Part shown: piece after piece, positions 52,723-64,000 of the stretch | Layout: every line of letters begins with the position of its first letter | Numbering within the stretch: the first letter of the stretch is position 1 | Source: Octopus vulgaris | Lineage: Eukaryota | Length of the DNA: 64,000 nt | Assembly: GCA_951406725.2 (NCBI GenBank) | Contig: OX597819.1 | Span: 33,790,001-33,854,000 of the forward strand | Direction: 5' to 3' | Notes under the pieces: model-generated | What the model was told of the DNA's origin: nothing | The model's database searches: none | The model's input: the letters and a program-made list of their open reading frames with translations, nothing else | Program-made: the position numbers and the translations under genes

Positions 52723-53262
52723 TTTATTATTATTATTATTATTATTATTATCATTATTATTATTATCATTATTATTTACAATGGCAAACTGGTAGAATCT
52801 TAACTATGACAGATAAAATGCTTGATGGCATTTCTTGCAGCTTTAATGCTCTAATTCAAATGTGACTAAGGTCAACTTCATCTTTTCATTCTTTCAGAGC
52901 CAATAAAACAAGAACTGGGGTTTATGTAATCAACTGGGGTTTGTGTAAGAAAGAATTATTATTACAATCAATATTATTGTCTATATGAGAAATTTTTAAC
53001 GGGAAAAGATGTTTGGCAACTGAATGTGAAACTTTTATTAAGGTATTACATTAAATTCAGTGGGTAAATGTCATATTTACTCAACAGATTTGTAAACAAG
53101 TAAATTGATTCCATTAGAGAAGTGTTTACTGTAGGTATAGTTTTGACAATGAATCAAAACTGAGAAATATTGACAATAACATTGAGCCAATTATTGAACA
53201 GAATTATATATCAACCTTACTCTCAATGAATGGTGAAACTGTTGCCAAACATGGTCACCCGT

Positions 53263-53795
53263 TATGTATGTATGTATGTATGTATGTATGTATGTATGTA
53301 TGTATGTATGTAGGTAGGTAGGTAGGTAGGTAGGTAGGTAGGTATGTATGTATGTATGTATGTATGTATGTATGTATGTATGTATGTATGTAGATAGGTA
53401 GGTAGGTAGGTATGTATGTATGTATGTACGTACGTAGGTAGGTATGTATGTATGTATGCATGTATGTAGGTAGGTATGTATGTATGTATGTATGCATGTA
53501 TGTATGTATGCATGCATGTATGTATGCATGTATGTATGTATGCATGCATGTATGTATGTATGCATGTATGTATGCATGCATGCATGCATGCATGCATGTA
53601 TGTATGTATGTATGTATGTAGGTAGGTAGGTAGGTAGGTAGGTAGGTATGTATGTATGTATGTATGTATGTATGTATGTATGTATGTATGTATGTATGTA
53701 TGCATGCATGCATGTATGTATGTATGTATGTATGTATGTATGCATGCATGTATGTATGTATGTATGTATGTATGTATGTATGCATGCATGTATTT
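53263..53795. repeat. Compound tetranucleotide array (TATG/TAGG/CATG)
   Basis: Direct observation. Confidence 0.95.
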
Positions 53796-54135
53796 ATGTG
53801 TATGATGGACTCCCCCGTTGAAGACAATGTATGAGTGTTTAGTTCTTGCTGAACAAACTGCACAAATGATTTGTTTATAGTGATCAAATGTATGTGTCAT
53901 ATATTAGCTCATTCTCTCCATCAAATCAACAATGCTGAATAGAGCAATTTGAGATGAAGTGTTTTGCTCAAGAACACAACACACAAAGGAATTAAAATCA
54001 CAATCTTGCAATTGCGAGTATAACACCTTAACCACTAGGCCATATGCCCTCACATGTATGTAGAGGATGGAATACTCGTATGACATATAAAATAATATTA
54101 TTTTTAAGCCCCTACATATTACTGGATATTACTGT

Positions 54136-54455
54136 GAAGGCACTTAGTGGTTAAGGTATTCGGCTCACAATCATAAGGTCCCGAGTTCAATTCCTGGCAA
54201 CATGTTGTGTCCTTGAGCAAGACACTTTATTTCACGTTGCTCCAGTCCACTCAGCTGGCAAAAATGAATAGTACCTGTATTTCAAAAAAGGACCAGCCTT
54301 GTCACAGTCTGTGTCACACTGAATCTCCTTGAGAATTACATTAAGCATACATGTGTCTGTGGAGTGCTCAACCACATACATGTCCATTTCACGAGCAGAT
54401 TGTTCCATTGATCGGACCAACTGGAACCCTCATTGTCATAACTGACAGAGTGCCA
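54136..54455 (+). mobile_element. SINE family D
   Basis: tRNA-like head and CCTTGAGCAAGACACT core. Confidence 0.8.
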
Positions 54456-54796
54456 AGCAGGCAGTGGTGAAGGACATTACTGAATAAAGCATATATTGCT
54501 AAATGTATTAATAGCTTCTATAAGAGCTGGGAACAGTCTACAATATGATGAACTAGGGGTGATCATTTAAAACAATTGCCAATATTCTGAAATAGTGTTA
54601 GAGGTTTCTTAGCTTAATGGTACAGAGAACTCAGTTGGAATTTGAGAGGCACATGGTTTGATTCTCTCTAGAGATTTATCGGCCACTTTTAAACTTGCAG
54701 ATTTGTTAGCATGCTAGGTGAAATGTTCAGAGGCATTTTGATGTAACTGAATAACCCCTTCTCCCAAAATTTGAAACCTTTATTATTATTATTATT

Positions 54797-55474
54797 GAGT
54801 GAGAGAGCAGTTCATGCCATCAAAGTGACACTGGGGTAAAATATACCCATCATGACTACCCGTCTGATAAGGGTACACCAGGCACATGCATCACAACCAT
54901 ATGTGCGCAACATGGTGATTTCATATCAAGATAAACAGCACATGACCTTGCAGGTGGGGCCCAGTTAGAAATTTCTTCAGGTTGAGTAGCCCATCCCACT
55001 CAAAAGGTCCCTGAATAAGGGTTGTTTAAGGATGTTGAAAGAACCACCCATGTTTCCAGAGGTGAATTATTCAAACCCCAAAGAATCCCTCTCAACACAT
55101 GGCTATGATGCTCCCCCACTACTTCTGCTCGTGATCAGAGATGCACAGATCGTCAGCCACTAAGGGATATGCTCAACTGGTTATGGTCAAACAACTGACA
55201 AGCAAATCTGTGGTATTGAGCAGAATATTTGCTGTAGCCCATCTTTTATACCAAGACAAAACAATGTACATGATAACACTTCCAATCAGTTAAGATCAGA
55301 AGCCATGAGAGCCACAACCTGGTACTGCATCAGGGCAAGCAAATCTGTGGTATTGAGCAGAATATTTGCTGTAGCCCATCTTTTATACCAAGACAAAACA
55401 ATGTACATGATAACACTTCCAATCAGTTAAGATCAGAAGCCATGAGAGCCACTGCCTGGTACTGCATCAGGGCA
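54797..55474 (-). mobile_element. (TAA)n-associated element with 137-bp terminal tandem duplication
   Basis: Units at 55201-55337 and 55338-55474. Confidence 0.85.
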
Positions 55475-56044
55475 AATTATTAGTATTATTATTATTATTA
55501 TTATTATGAAGGTGGTGAGCTGGCAGAATTGCTAATGCACTGAGCAAAATGTTTAGTGGCCGACTTTGCTTTCATTCTTTCAAGGTCAATAAATTAAGTA
55601 TCTACGAAATACACTCACAAGGCTTTGGTTGGCATGAGGCTACAGTAGAAGACACTTGACCAAGGTGCCATGCAGTGGGAATGAACCCAGAACCATGTGG
55701 TTGGGAAGCAAGCTACTTACCACACAGCCCCTTCTATATATATATGTGTGTGTGTGTGTATGTGTTACCTATGGAGGATAAAAGGAGAAAGTTGTGTTAG
55801 TCTAGTAAGTTTATATTTCTTGTGATTCTTGCTGCTGCTCAGGTTTTAGAATAATATGCTTGATCAGTATTTTTTCTAATTTGCCATATTTTAATTTTTT
55901 TGGTTCTCTTATAGCAGTAACTTTTTGTGCATTTTCTTCCCCAAAGTACTGACTTATCTCTTCTAATTCCGGCACTCATGCCTCGGCATTTTCTATCTCG
56001 TTAGTAGCTAAAGAGGTCTGTTAATTCATGTTATTTTCTTGAGG

Positions 56045-56380
56045 AATTTCAGTCAAATAAATCAACCCTGGTACTTATTTTCTTTTTTAAGCCTGGTGCT
56101 TATTCTGTTGGTCTCTTTTACTGAACCACTAAGTTACAGGGACATAAACACACCAACACTGGTTGACAAGTGGTGGTGGTGGTAGTGACAAACACAGTCT
56201 CAAAGACACATACACACATATATTTGACAGGCTTCTTTCAGTTTCCATCTACCAAATCTACTCACAAGGCTTTGATTGGCCTGAGGTTATAGTATAAGAC
56301 ACTAGCCCAAGTTGCTACATAGTGAGACTGAACTACCAGAATCATATGGTTTGGAAGCAAACTGCTTATCACACAGCCAT
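56045..56380 (-). mobile_element. SINE family B (diverged)
   Basis: Reverse-complement homology to family B. Confidence 0.75.
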
Positions 56381-56949
56381 GTATGTACCTGTATGTTTGT
56401 ATATTTTTAGAATGACATTGTAGGTTAGGTGTGATAAGATGGATCCAGTCCATTCTAAGATAAAACAGGTAGAATATCTGGGCCAGATATGGCTCAATTA
56501 AATGCTAAAGGGTTAAAATACACGAGTTGCAAAATTGTTCACATTAATCTCTTAAATCTCTTTTTCTTTTATCACTCTATGGATTACCAAAATAATATAT
56601 TTGTTTAATTACTTACATGACACCACTTAACAAAAGAACATTATAATGGATTATACAATATTAAAGTATATAAGTATATCTGTGGGTGGAGCTGTAAACA
56701 TACCTCTCTCAAATTCTTTTAACACTTTACAAATTAAGTGTTTAATGAAAGAAAAAATGTCTTCATCTAATTACTTACTTTATTTCAGGTGTAATTTTTC
56801 AGCACTAATAATAAAAAAAAACAACAATGGACTGATTCCAGAAAGTGAATCAAAGTAGATCTAAATGAGAGATAATTGGAAGAATATGCAAAGAGGAATC
56901 CTTTACCACTTGTACATTAATTCAATAAGCAGGTATACTGGTTGATTTA

Positions 56950-57152
56950 CCCTATCGTTACTGTGTTTCTTTTGAGATGCTCTGTGTTTCTTGCAATTGA
57001 TTTTAAATATAACAAAGAATTTAGTGAAATAACTTAGTTATCATTAAGCTGGTGTTAGGAACATTAATTACTACTAAGGTTTGATGGAAGACTTTAATTC
57101 AGAACTCATGAAAACAAGACATTTGTACTACAGAGCCAGAGTATCAAAAGGA
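56950..57152. mobile_element. Possible second piggyBac-type MITE
   Basis: Degenerate ends TTTA|CCCTATCGTTAC...GTATCAAAAGGA|TTAA. Confidence 0.4.
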
Positions 57153-57796
57153 TTAAACAACAAAAAAATTTATATTTGAAGCCAATTGAGAACCCACCAC
57201 ACACACACACACACTCACTCACATATATACATACACACACAGACACACACACATTCACACACACATGGCTCACTTGAACAATTGTGAAGATTGCATCACA
57301 TGAAACTACTGGTTGCCTTGCTAACCCACAAATAAAGTATATACACACACACACATACACACACATATATACATATAAATTTATATAACGTGCGTGTGTA
57401 TGTATATGTACACAGACACACATGCACACACACACACACACATGCACATATTTGTTTGGGGAATTGGTTCTTGGAACATATGTTATAAATAACAGCATGT
57501 AAATATGGGGTCAAAAATGTTGAAGACTGTCTCCCAGGCTGCCTTCAAATTATTCTATCCAAAAAGAATTATCAACCCAATATTTACATGCTGGTATTTA
57601 TTGCATTTATAAGCTTCAAGAACCATTTTTCTTAAAAAAAAAAAAAAGAAATATTTTGCCTTCAAAAGATTATAAATTCTTATACCATCAACAAATGTAT
57701 GTATAAGTATGCCTGTGTATGTATGCAGATAGATGCAGCAATTAATGACTTGCAGGGACACAATATTTTGTTATGCAACCATAATATACTATAAGG

Positions 57797-58508
57797 CAAT
57801 GCTTCTCAAACAATCTGATGTGACATACCAGCAGTTTTTTTTCCATTGTACCAGGGACCAGTAATATTTCTTAGTAATATTAATTTATACCAGAAACAAT
57901 ATATACTCTTTAATCTTTACTCTTTTACTTGTTTCAGTCATTTGACTGTGGCCATGCTGAAGCACCGCCTTTAGTCAAGCAAATGAAGCCCAGGACTTAT
58001 TCTTTCTAAGCGTAGTACTTATCCTATCGGTCTCTTTTGCCGAACTGCTAAGTTACGGGGACATAAATGCACCAGCATCGGTTGTCGAGCGATGTTGAGG
58101 GGACAAACAGAGACACACAAACATATACACACACATACATATATATATACATATATATACAACAGGCTTCTTTCAGTTTCCATCTACCAAATCCACTCAC
58201 AAGGCATTGGTCGGCCCGAAGCTATTGTGGAAGGCACTTGACCAAGGTGCCACACAGTGGGACTGAACCCAGAACCATGTGGTTGGTAAGCAAGCTTCTT
58301 ACCACACAGCCCCTCCTGCACCTATATATAATGAATATAATAAAAGTTGACAATTTTTTTTATCGTACATTTATTTTATAAACAAATAATACAATATTTT
58401 ATAAGCATTTTATAATGTCTCTTTCTTTTCTGGAAACTCGTCACATACCAGCAGTTGATGGCTCAGTCACTGGCACCAATCTGCAGACCTTCACTTTGAG
58501 TAGCACTG
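57797..58508 (-). mobile_element. hAT-Charlie-type MITE containing SINE B (57906-58322, -)
   Basis: Reverse complement of 35060-35765; TSD CTATAAGG/CTATGAAG. Confidence 0.85.
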
Positions 58509-58605
58509 CTATGAAGTATATTAAACATTTCTTATAAGTTAATACTGCATTCTACTTTGTTAGCAGTGTGCTTTACAACACAGTATTGACTTCTAAAAAC
58601 ATTTA

Positions 58606-59038
58606 CCATATATACTCGAGTATAAAACGCCCTCGCCTATAAGACACCCCACCCACCCAACTTACAAGGTTCAAATCGGGAATTTTATCATTGACCTGGC
58701 TATAAGTCACACTGACTTTTTTGATGTTGGAGAGCAAAGTTTAATTTGGAATTGCACCAACATAGTTGTTGTTCAGTAACCAAGCTTTCAGTGAGCTGAA
58801 GATGACTTACAACAACTGTTATTCTCATTAAGTCCATGCATTTTTAGAAACCGTTGTTTATAATGTAAAATTTTATCCATTTCAGTTATTCCAAATGTCG
58901 GAACTTCAGATGTGGCTTGTACCTAGGAAATATCTGAAGGTATTTTTTTATAGGATGTGCTTATAAGTCGCATCCCCCAACTTTAGGTGAAAAATTTCAG
59001 GGAACTATAGCTGAGTATATATAGCCGAGTATATATGG
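58606..59038. mobile_element. Tc2/pogo-like MITE
   Basis: TA|CCATATATACTCG ... CGAGTATATATGG|TA, with repeated TATAAGWCRC subterminal motifs. Confidence 0.8.
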
Positions 59039-59043
59039 TAATA

Positions 59044-59352
59044 GTGGAAGCACAATGGCCCAGTGGTCAGAGCAGTGGACTCGTGGTTGTAGGGTCGTGG
59101 TTTCGATCCCCAGACCGGGTGTTGTGAGTGTTTATTGAGCGAAAACACCTAAAGCTCCACAAGGCTCGGGCAGGGGACGGTGGCGATCCCTGCTGTACTC
59201 TTTCACCACAACTTTCTCTCACTCTTTCTTCTGTTGGCCTGCTCGTTTAGCCAGCAGGGTGGCGTCACTTGATCACTAAAACAATGCGAAGCGCATTGTG
59301 ACCAGCGATGTGTAGCAACATCTGATAGCCTGGTCGGTCACATGATCACGTG
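59044..59352 (+). mobile_element. SINE family C
   Basis: 13-bp TSD ATATATGGTAATA at 59031-59043 and 59353-59365. Confidence 0.9.
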
Positions 59353-59544
59353 ATATATGGTAATATACTTTATAGTATATATTATGGTTGCATAATGAAA
59401 CACCATGTCCTTACAAGTCATTAATATTTATGTACCAGCTTTCAGGAACATGTTTACTATGTAAAATTGGTATATCCAATAACATTATACTGCTGTGTTT
59501 AGTGGCTATTAAAGCACAGAGTTCATGGATGATTAATGGGTTAG

Positions 59545-59593
59545 GTGGGTGCTGATGAAGGAGCAAAACTCCTGAAATATTATATACGCCCAT
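59545..59593 (+). ncRNA. Type I hammerhead ribozyme motif
   Basis: Stem I GTGGGTG/CGCCCAT; CTGATGA; stem II AGGAG-CAAAA-CTCCT; GAAA; stem III ATA-TTA-TAT; AUA triplet. Confidence 0.7.
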
Positions 59594-60149
59594 TACATAT
59601 TTTTCATCCTCAATCTCATGGTTGTTGTTTACATCAGGCGTCTTGTATATGAAACATTGTAACAAAAATCAGTGCTGATTATAATTTCTACAGAACAAGT
59701 TCAGTAATTAAGATCTCATTTAACTGCAATCTGTTTCAGAACTTACACATTAGTTTACACTGCATCAGAAAAATATGGTGCATAAATGCATGTAGCCTGA
59801 AACGAGTGTTTAAGGCAACTAAGAGTACATGAAACAGACTATTGTCAGATGGTACCTCAACTACGGGATGCCTTGCATGAAACTCTACCAACCCAGTATT
59901 GAGCACTGTCACGTCTCACATATGTTAAACTCATCACCAACTGGCTAACGGACAGACAAATAGGTGGTGATTCAATTAAAAAGAAAATAGAAAGGTAAGC
60001 AGTATACAAATTTAATTATTAATCAACAAATGACCCAGTAAACAACAAAAAAACTGTGAAATATGCATTCATGGGTTTCAGATATCTGCATGCAAATATA
60101 TATCTGAATCTTATATGTCTGTCTGTCTGTCTGTCTGTCTGTCAGTCTG

Positions 60150-60190
<41 letters not shown>

Positions 60191-60240
60191 TTATCTATCT
60201 ATCTATAGTGTATTTCACGTTATTTATATATGTAAAGGTT

Positions 60241-60323
<83 letters not shown>

Positions 60324-60324
<1 letters not shown>

Positions 60325-61533
60325 AACTCTTCAGCTTGTCCTTATATCTGAGCCATGGTTGACCAACATTCCTGTACCCACTATCAAGCTGGTTGTACAC
60401 GAGGACTTTAGGTATTCCTCCATCACTCATTCTGATGACATGGCCAGCTCAGCACAATTGTAATTGCACAAGGAAACTCTCAATTCCACCAATCTTACAT
60501 TTGCTAAACAGGTCGGCATTAGAAACTCTGTCTTTTAGTGAATAATCACATATTGTCCCAAGACAGCGTTTGTGGAAGATGTCTAGTTGGTTAATGTGTC
60601 GTCTATAGGGTATCTATGATTCTGGGCCATACTAGAGAGTAGTAAGAATGGCAGCTTTATAGACCTGTACTTTGGTGTCACGGTTGATGCCCCTTTGATT
60701 CCATCGGTGATGATGGAGTTTGCATTTGCAAGATGATTGACGATTTAATCATCAAGGAAAATGCTTGAATTCACTTTAGTACCAAGATATGTAAATGACT
60801 TCACATAATTTAGGCTTTTCCCATCAACCTGCATAGGAGGGTCAAGAAAATTGTGAACTGGTGGCCTCTGCTTGACACCTCAAATCTGTTTAGGTTTAGG
60901 GCAAGGTTGATGGATAACTTCTGTCTTCTTTATGCTGATGGTCAAACCAAAGGCTTTACATGCAGCAGAAAACTGGTCACGAAGTTCCTGAGCTTCCTCT
61001 AAGGCAGTCACTACTAGTGTAGCAGCATCTGCAAATAGTAGATCAAAAATGATACTGGTGCACAGCAGTGTTCTGGATTTGAAATGCTGATGATTGAATA
61101 GTCCACCACTTGTTCAAACCTGGAATTTGACACCACTTTGTATGTCGCCAAAAGCATACCTCTGCATTACTGAAAAGAAGAGTGCAAACAAAACAGGGGC
61201 CATAACACAACCTTGCTTTGTGCTGTTTGTAGTGTCAAAGGAAGCCAAACATTCCCCACCAGATGTGATAGCGGCCTTCATTCCCACATAAAAGGAGATG
61301 ATAACATTCAACATTTTGTCAGGTATCCCAAGCTTTAACAGAACTTTCCATAGTGCTTGCTAGTTAAGTGCTGAAAGCCTTAGTAAGATCAATGAATACC
61401 ATCAACAACTCTTGATTTTTTTTTCTTTGATTTTTCTCATGTACCTTCTCCATGACCTGTCAAAAGCAAGAGATCATGTCAATAGTGCAATGACCAGAGC
61501 AAAATCCGCACTGTGATCCAGGATAGATATCAT
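60324..61533 (-). pseudogene. RTE (BovB-like) LINE reverse transcriptase relic
   Basis: Ordered motifs SQCGF, VFIDLTKAF, KQGCVMAPVLF, LLFADA, FGLTISIKKTEV, FTYLG, GQPWLRYKDKLK, with stops and frameshifts. Confidence 0.9.
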
Positions 61534-61597
61534 TTATATATACATGTATATATATTGTATATATATGTATGTATATATAATGTGTGTGTATATATAT

Positions 61598-61820
61598 GGC
61601 CAATGCCAGTGCTGCCTGACTGGCTCCCATGACAATGAAATGTAAAAGCACCCACTACACTCTTGGAGTGGTTGGCGTTAAGAAGGGCATTGAACTGTAG
61701 AAACATTGCCAGATCAGACTGGAGCCTGGTGCAGCCTCCTGGCTTGCCAGTCTCCAGTCAAACAGTCCAACTCATGCAGCATGGAAAACAGACGTTCAAT
61801 GATGATGAGGATGATGATGC
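61598..61820 (+). mobile_element. RTE 3' UTR fragment
   Basis: Homologous to 11070-11402. Confidence 0.75.
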
Positions 61821-61932
61821 TTATATATATATATATATATATATATACTAATATATCTGTTTGTTTTGTACACCACCTGTCTTCATCTTTTGTTGTTTTT
61901 TTTCGTAAACTCTCCCTATATATATATATATA

Positions 61933-62755
61933 TATCCGGACTATTGCTATAGTAATGAAGTTAAAACATGGAGAATGATGCTGCTTGGCACAGATTGAAC
62001 TTTAACTCTGCTGTGCATATTCACTAAGTTTTAACATTCTAGCTCACTTCTGCTGTTTACAGCAGTGCTTGGAAGGAAGTTGTGAAACATGTGATCATTG
62101 CATTGACCATGACAGAAAGTTGAACAGAGAATCTGCATCAAATTTTGCCAAAAGCTTGGTGATACCTGCTCAGAGGCCTACACAAAGTTTTCAAAAAGTT
62201 TGCATCATTCTCGATACAATCAAGATCTTGGGAAGGAACCAGTTTTGACACAAACTTGGCAGACATGTGTCTCATACCCAAATTTTCAATGATAATGGAA
62301 TGGACTGAACTGTAACTAATCTGCACATCCTCTGATAACTTACAGATGATGATTTAACAATTTCCCCTCACAGCTGCATGCACATCTGTGATGCCTTTCT
62401 CAGTTCTGCTGGTTGTGAGTCTCCCAGAATGTTCATCGGTATCGATATATTTCAGCCATCTTGGAAGCATCTGAACCACTCATACACTTGTGTGTGGCTC
62501 ATACACTTTCTGCAACTTTGCATAGACCTCTGAGCAGGTATCGCCATAAGCAACTTTCTCTGTGATGCTCAATGTGACAATCACACACTACACACCTTCC
62601 TTCTAAGCACTGCCATAAACAGCGAAAGTGAGTTAGAATGTTAAAACTTAGTGCACATGCACAGCGGAGTCCAAGGTCAATCTGTGCAACTTTACTCTGT
62701 GTGCTTTAGCTTCGTTACTATGGGAGCAGTCCAGATACTTATTGATCAGACCTCA
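61933..62755. mobile_element. Mariner-derived fold-back made of two convergent 5' halves
   Basis: + copy: EQRICIKFCQKLG; - copy: VYEWFRCFQDG..DEHSGR..LGMRHMSAKFVSK. Mutual inverted homology over ~250 bp; TA at 62756. Confidence 0.8.
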
Positions 62756-62779
62756 TATAAATGTGTGTGTGTGTGTGTA

Positions 62780-63550
62780 TGGAGGACTGTAGTCTTCTCT
62801 GGTGAAAGTCGATACTGCATTTTTGTGGCAGATGGCAGAGCTACGGTTTGGAGAAGAAAGGGTGAATGTCATGCCAATGGTTGTATGGTGGAGAGAGACT
62901 CATAGGGGGGATAAAGCAACATGGTATGGAGTGGAGGTGGTCTTCCAAAATATCGCCCAAGGCTGGTGCAATGGAGTAACCACTGCTAGCTACATCAACC
63001 AAGTGTTGAGGCCTCACATTGTGTCATAATTTGCCCGTCATCAGAATCATGTGTTCCAACATGAGAACACCCATGCCCATACTGCCAGGTTGACAACAGA
63101 CTTCCTCCAACAGCACAATATCCAGAGACTGCCATGGCCTTCCCTAAGTTCAGACTTGAACCCCATAGAGCACCTGTGGGGCAAAATCGAAAGAAGGATA
63201 AATGACATCCATCCAAGGCCAACAACTGAGGCACAACTCACTGCAAGTTTTAACAGAGTGTGGGCTGATATCCCCATGGCCTTCATCAGTTGCTTGGTGC
63301 ATTCAATGTACAGAAGATGCCTGTTGGTAATCAATGCTAACAGTGGTCACACATGATATTGAGTTCATCTCTTTGGATCCAGGACACTCTTTCATCACGT
63401 GACACCATGTAACATCAAACATGTTTTAGGAAATGACGTTTTGTCATTAAGAAAGTACGGTTTCTTAATTAGCACTCTTCAATCAATGCTATAGCAATCT
63501 GTTAATAAACTGGTTTCTATTCAGTATGAGTGCAATGCTTCTTTTGTGGT

Positions 63551-63556
<6 letters not shown>
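62780..63556 (+). pseudogene. Tc1-like transposase relic (DDE domain) with right end
   Basis: WRTVVFSGESR, YINQVLRPHIV, FQHENTHAHTA..WPSLSSDLNPIEHLW; catalytic Asp residues mutated and stops present; ends CTTTTGTGGTTCAGTT|TA. Confidence 0.9.
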
Positions 63557-63606
<50 letters not shown>

Positions 63607-64000
63607 CAATATCTATATTGGATATCGTATTGTGTCAGTAATACCCACACACCAGCTCTGTTTCACTTCTTTATTATTCATCAATCAATTAACTATTTAA
63701 TGAATTAACTTATTGATTGTTTGATCCATTGACGAATAATAAAACAAAAGTGAAATAGAACAAGTGTGCATGTGTTTGTTATTGGCATACTGATTCTCCT
63801 GAGATACAACAAATATGTTTCAATACACAAGTTCACATCAAGAACCTTGCAAACCAAATACAGAAGCAACACACACACACACACACACACACATGCATGT
63901 ACTGATTCATACAGATTAAAGCATTTTATGATTTCATAAATCAACAAACACTCAAAATTTATTACATATACAATGAAATGCAATGTGCAAGCTGAAATGA

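Noticed and set aside
53191-53900. HTYI-repeat ORFs (and similar YI, CV, LS ORFs throughout)
   Set aside because: Microsatellite translations, open in several frames.
59044-59120. tRNA-Arg-like sequence (also heads at 3788, 28770, 51770, 54136)
   Set aside because: SINE heads: no acceptor-stem closure, and they continue into SINE bodies.
63051-63356. 101-aa Tc1 ORF as a functional or domesticated transposase
   Set aside because: Catalytic Asp residues are altered (FSGES, QHEN), the upstream part has stops and frameshifts, and the N-terminus is missing.

Overview
AT-rich, microsatellite-dense animal genomic DNA with no recognisable intact protein-coding gene. Almost all ORFs in the supplied track are translations of simple repeats or SINEs. 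The repeat families look like those of octopus/coleoid cephalopods; this is recalled resemblance, not a database result. Contents: one tRNA-Gly(TCC); many copies of at least five tRNA-headed SINE families (informal labels A, B, C, D, plus a hammerhead-bearing one); RTE and CR1-like LINE remnants; mariner, Tc1, pogo/Tc2, hAT, piggyBac and Helitron relics, often nested; and a ~550-bp element found only inside (TAA)n tracts. Most notable: (1) three unrelated type I hammerhead-ribozyme motifs (21361-21433 +, 49150-49195 -, 59545-59593 +), one inside a tRNA-headed SINE with a Penelope-like tail; (2) a tRNA-Gly plus trailer plus SINE bracketed by one direct repeat, suggesting co-retroposition; (3) a CR1-like LINE 3' end sharing a covarying stem-loop with SINE B; (4) several fold-back insertions; (5) weak evidence for small minus-strand exons (36140-36188). 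Coordinates of degenerate repeats are approximate (roughly +/-10 nt).
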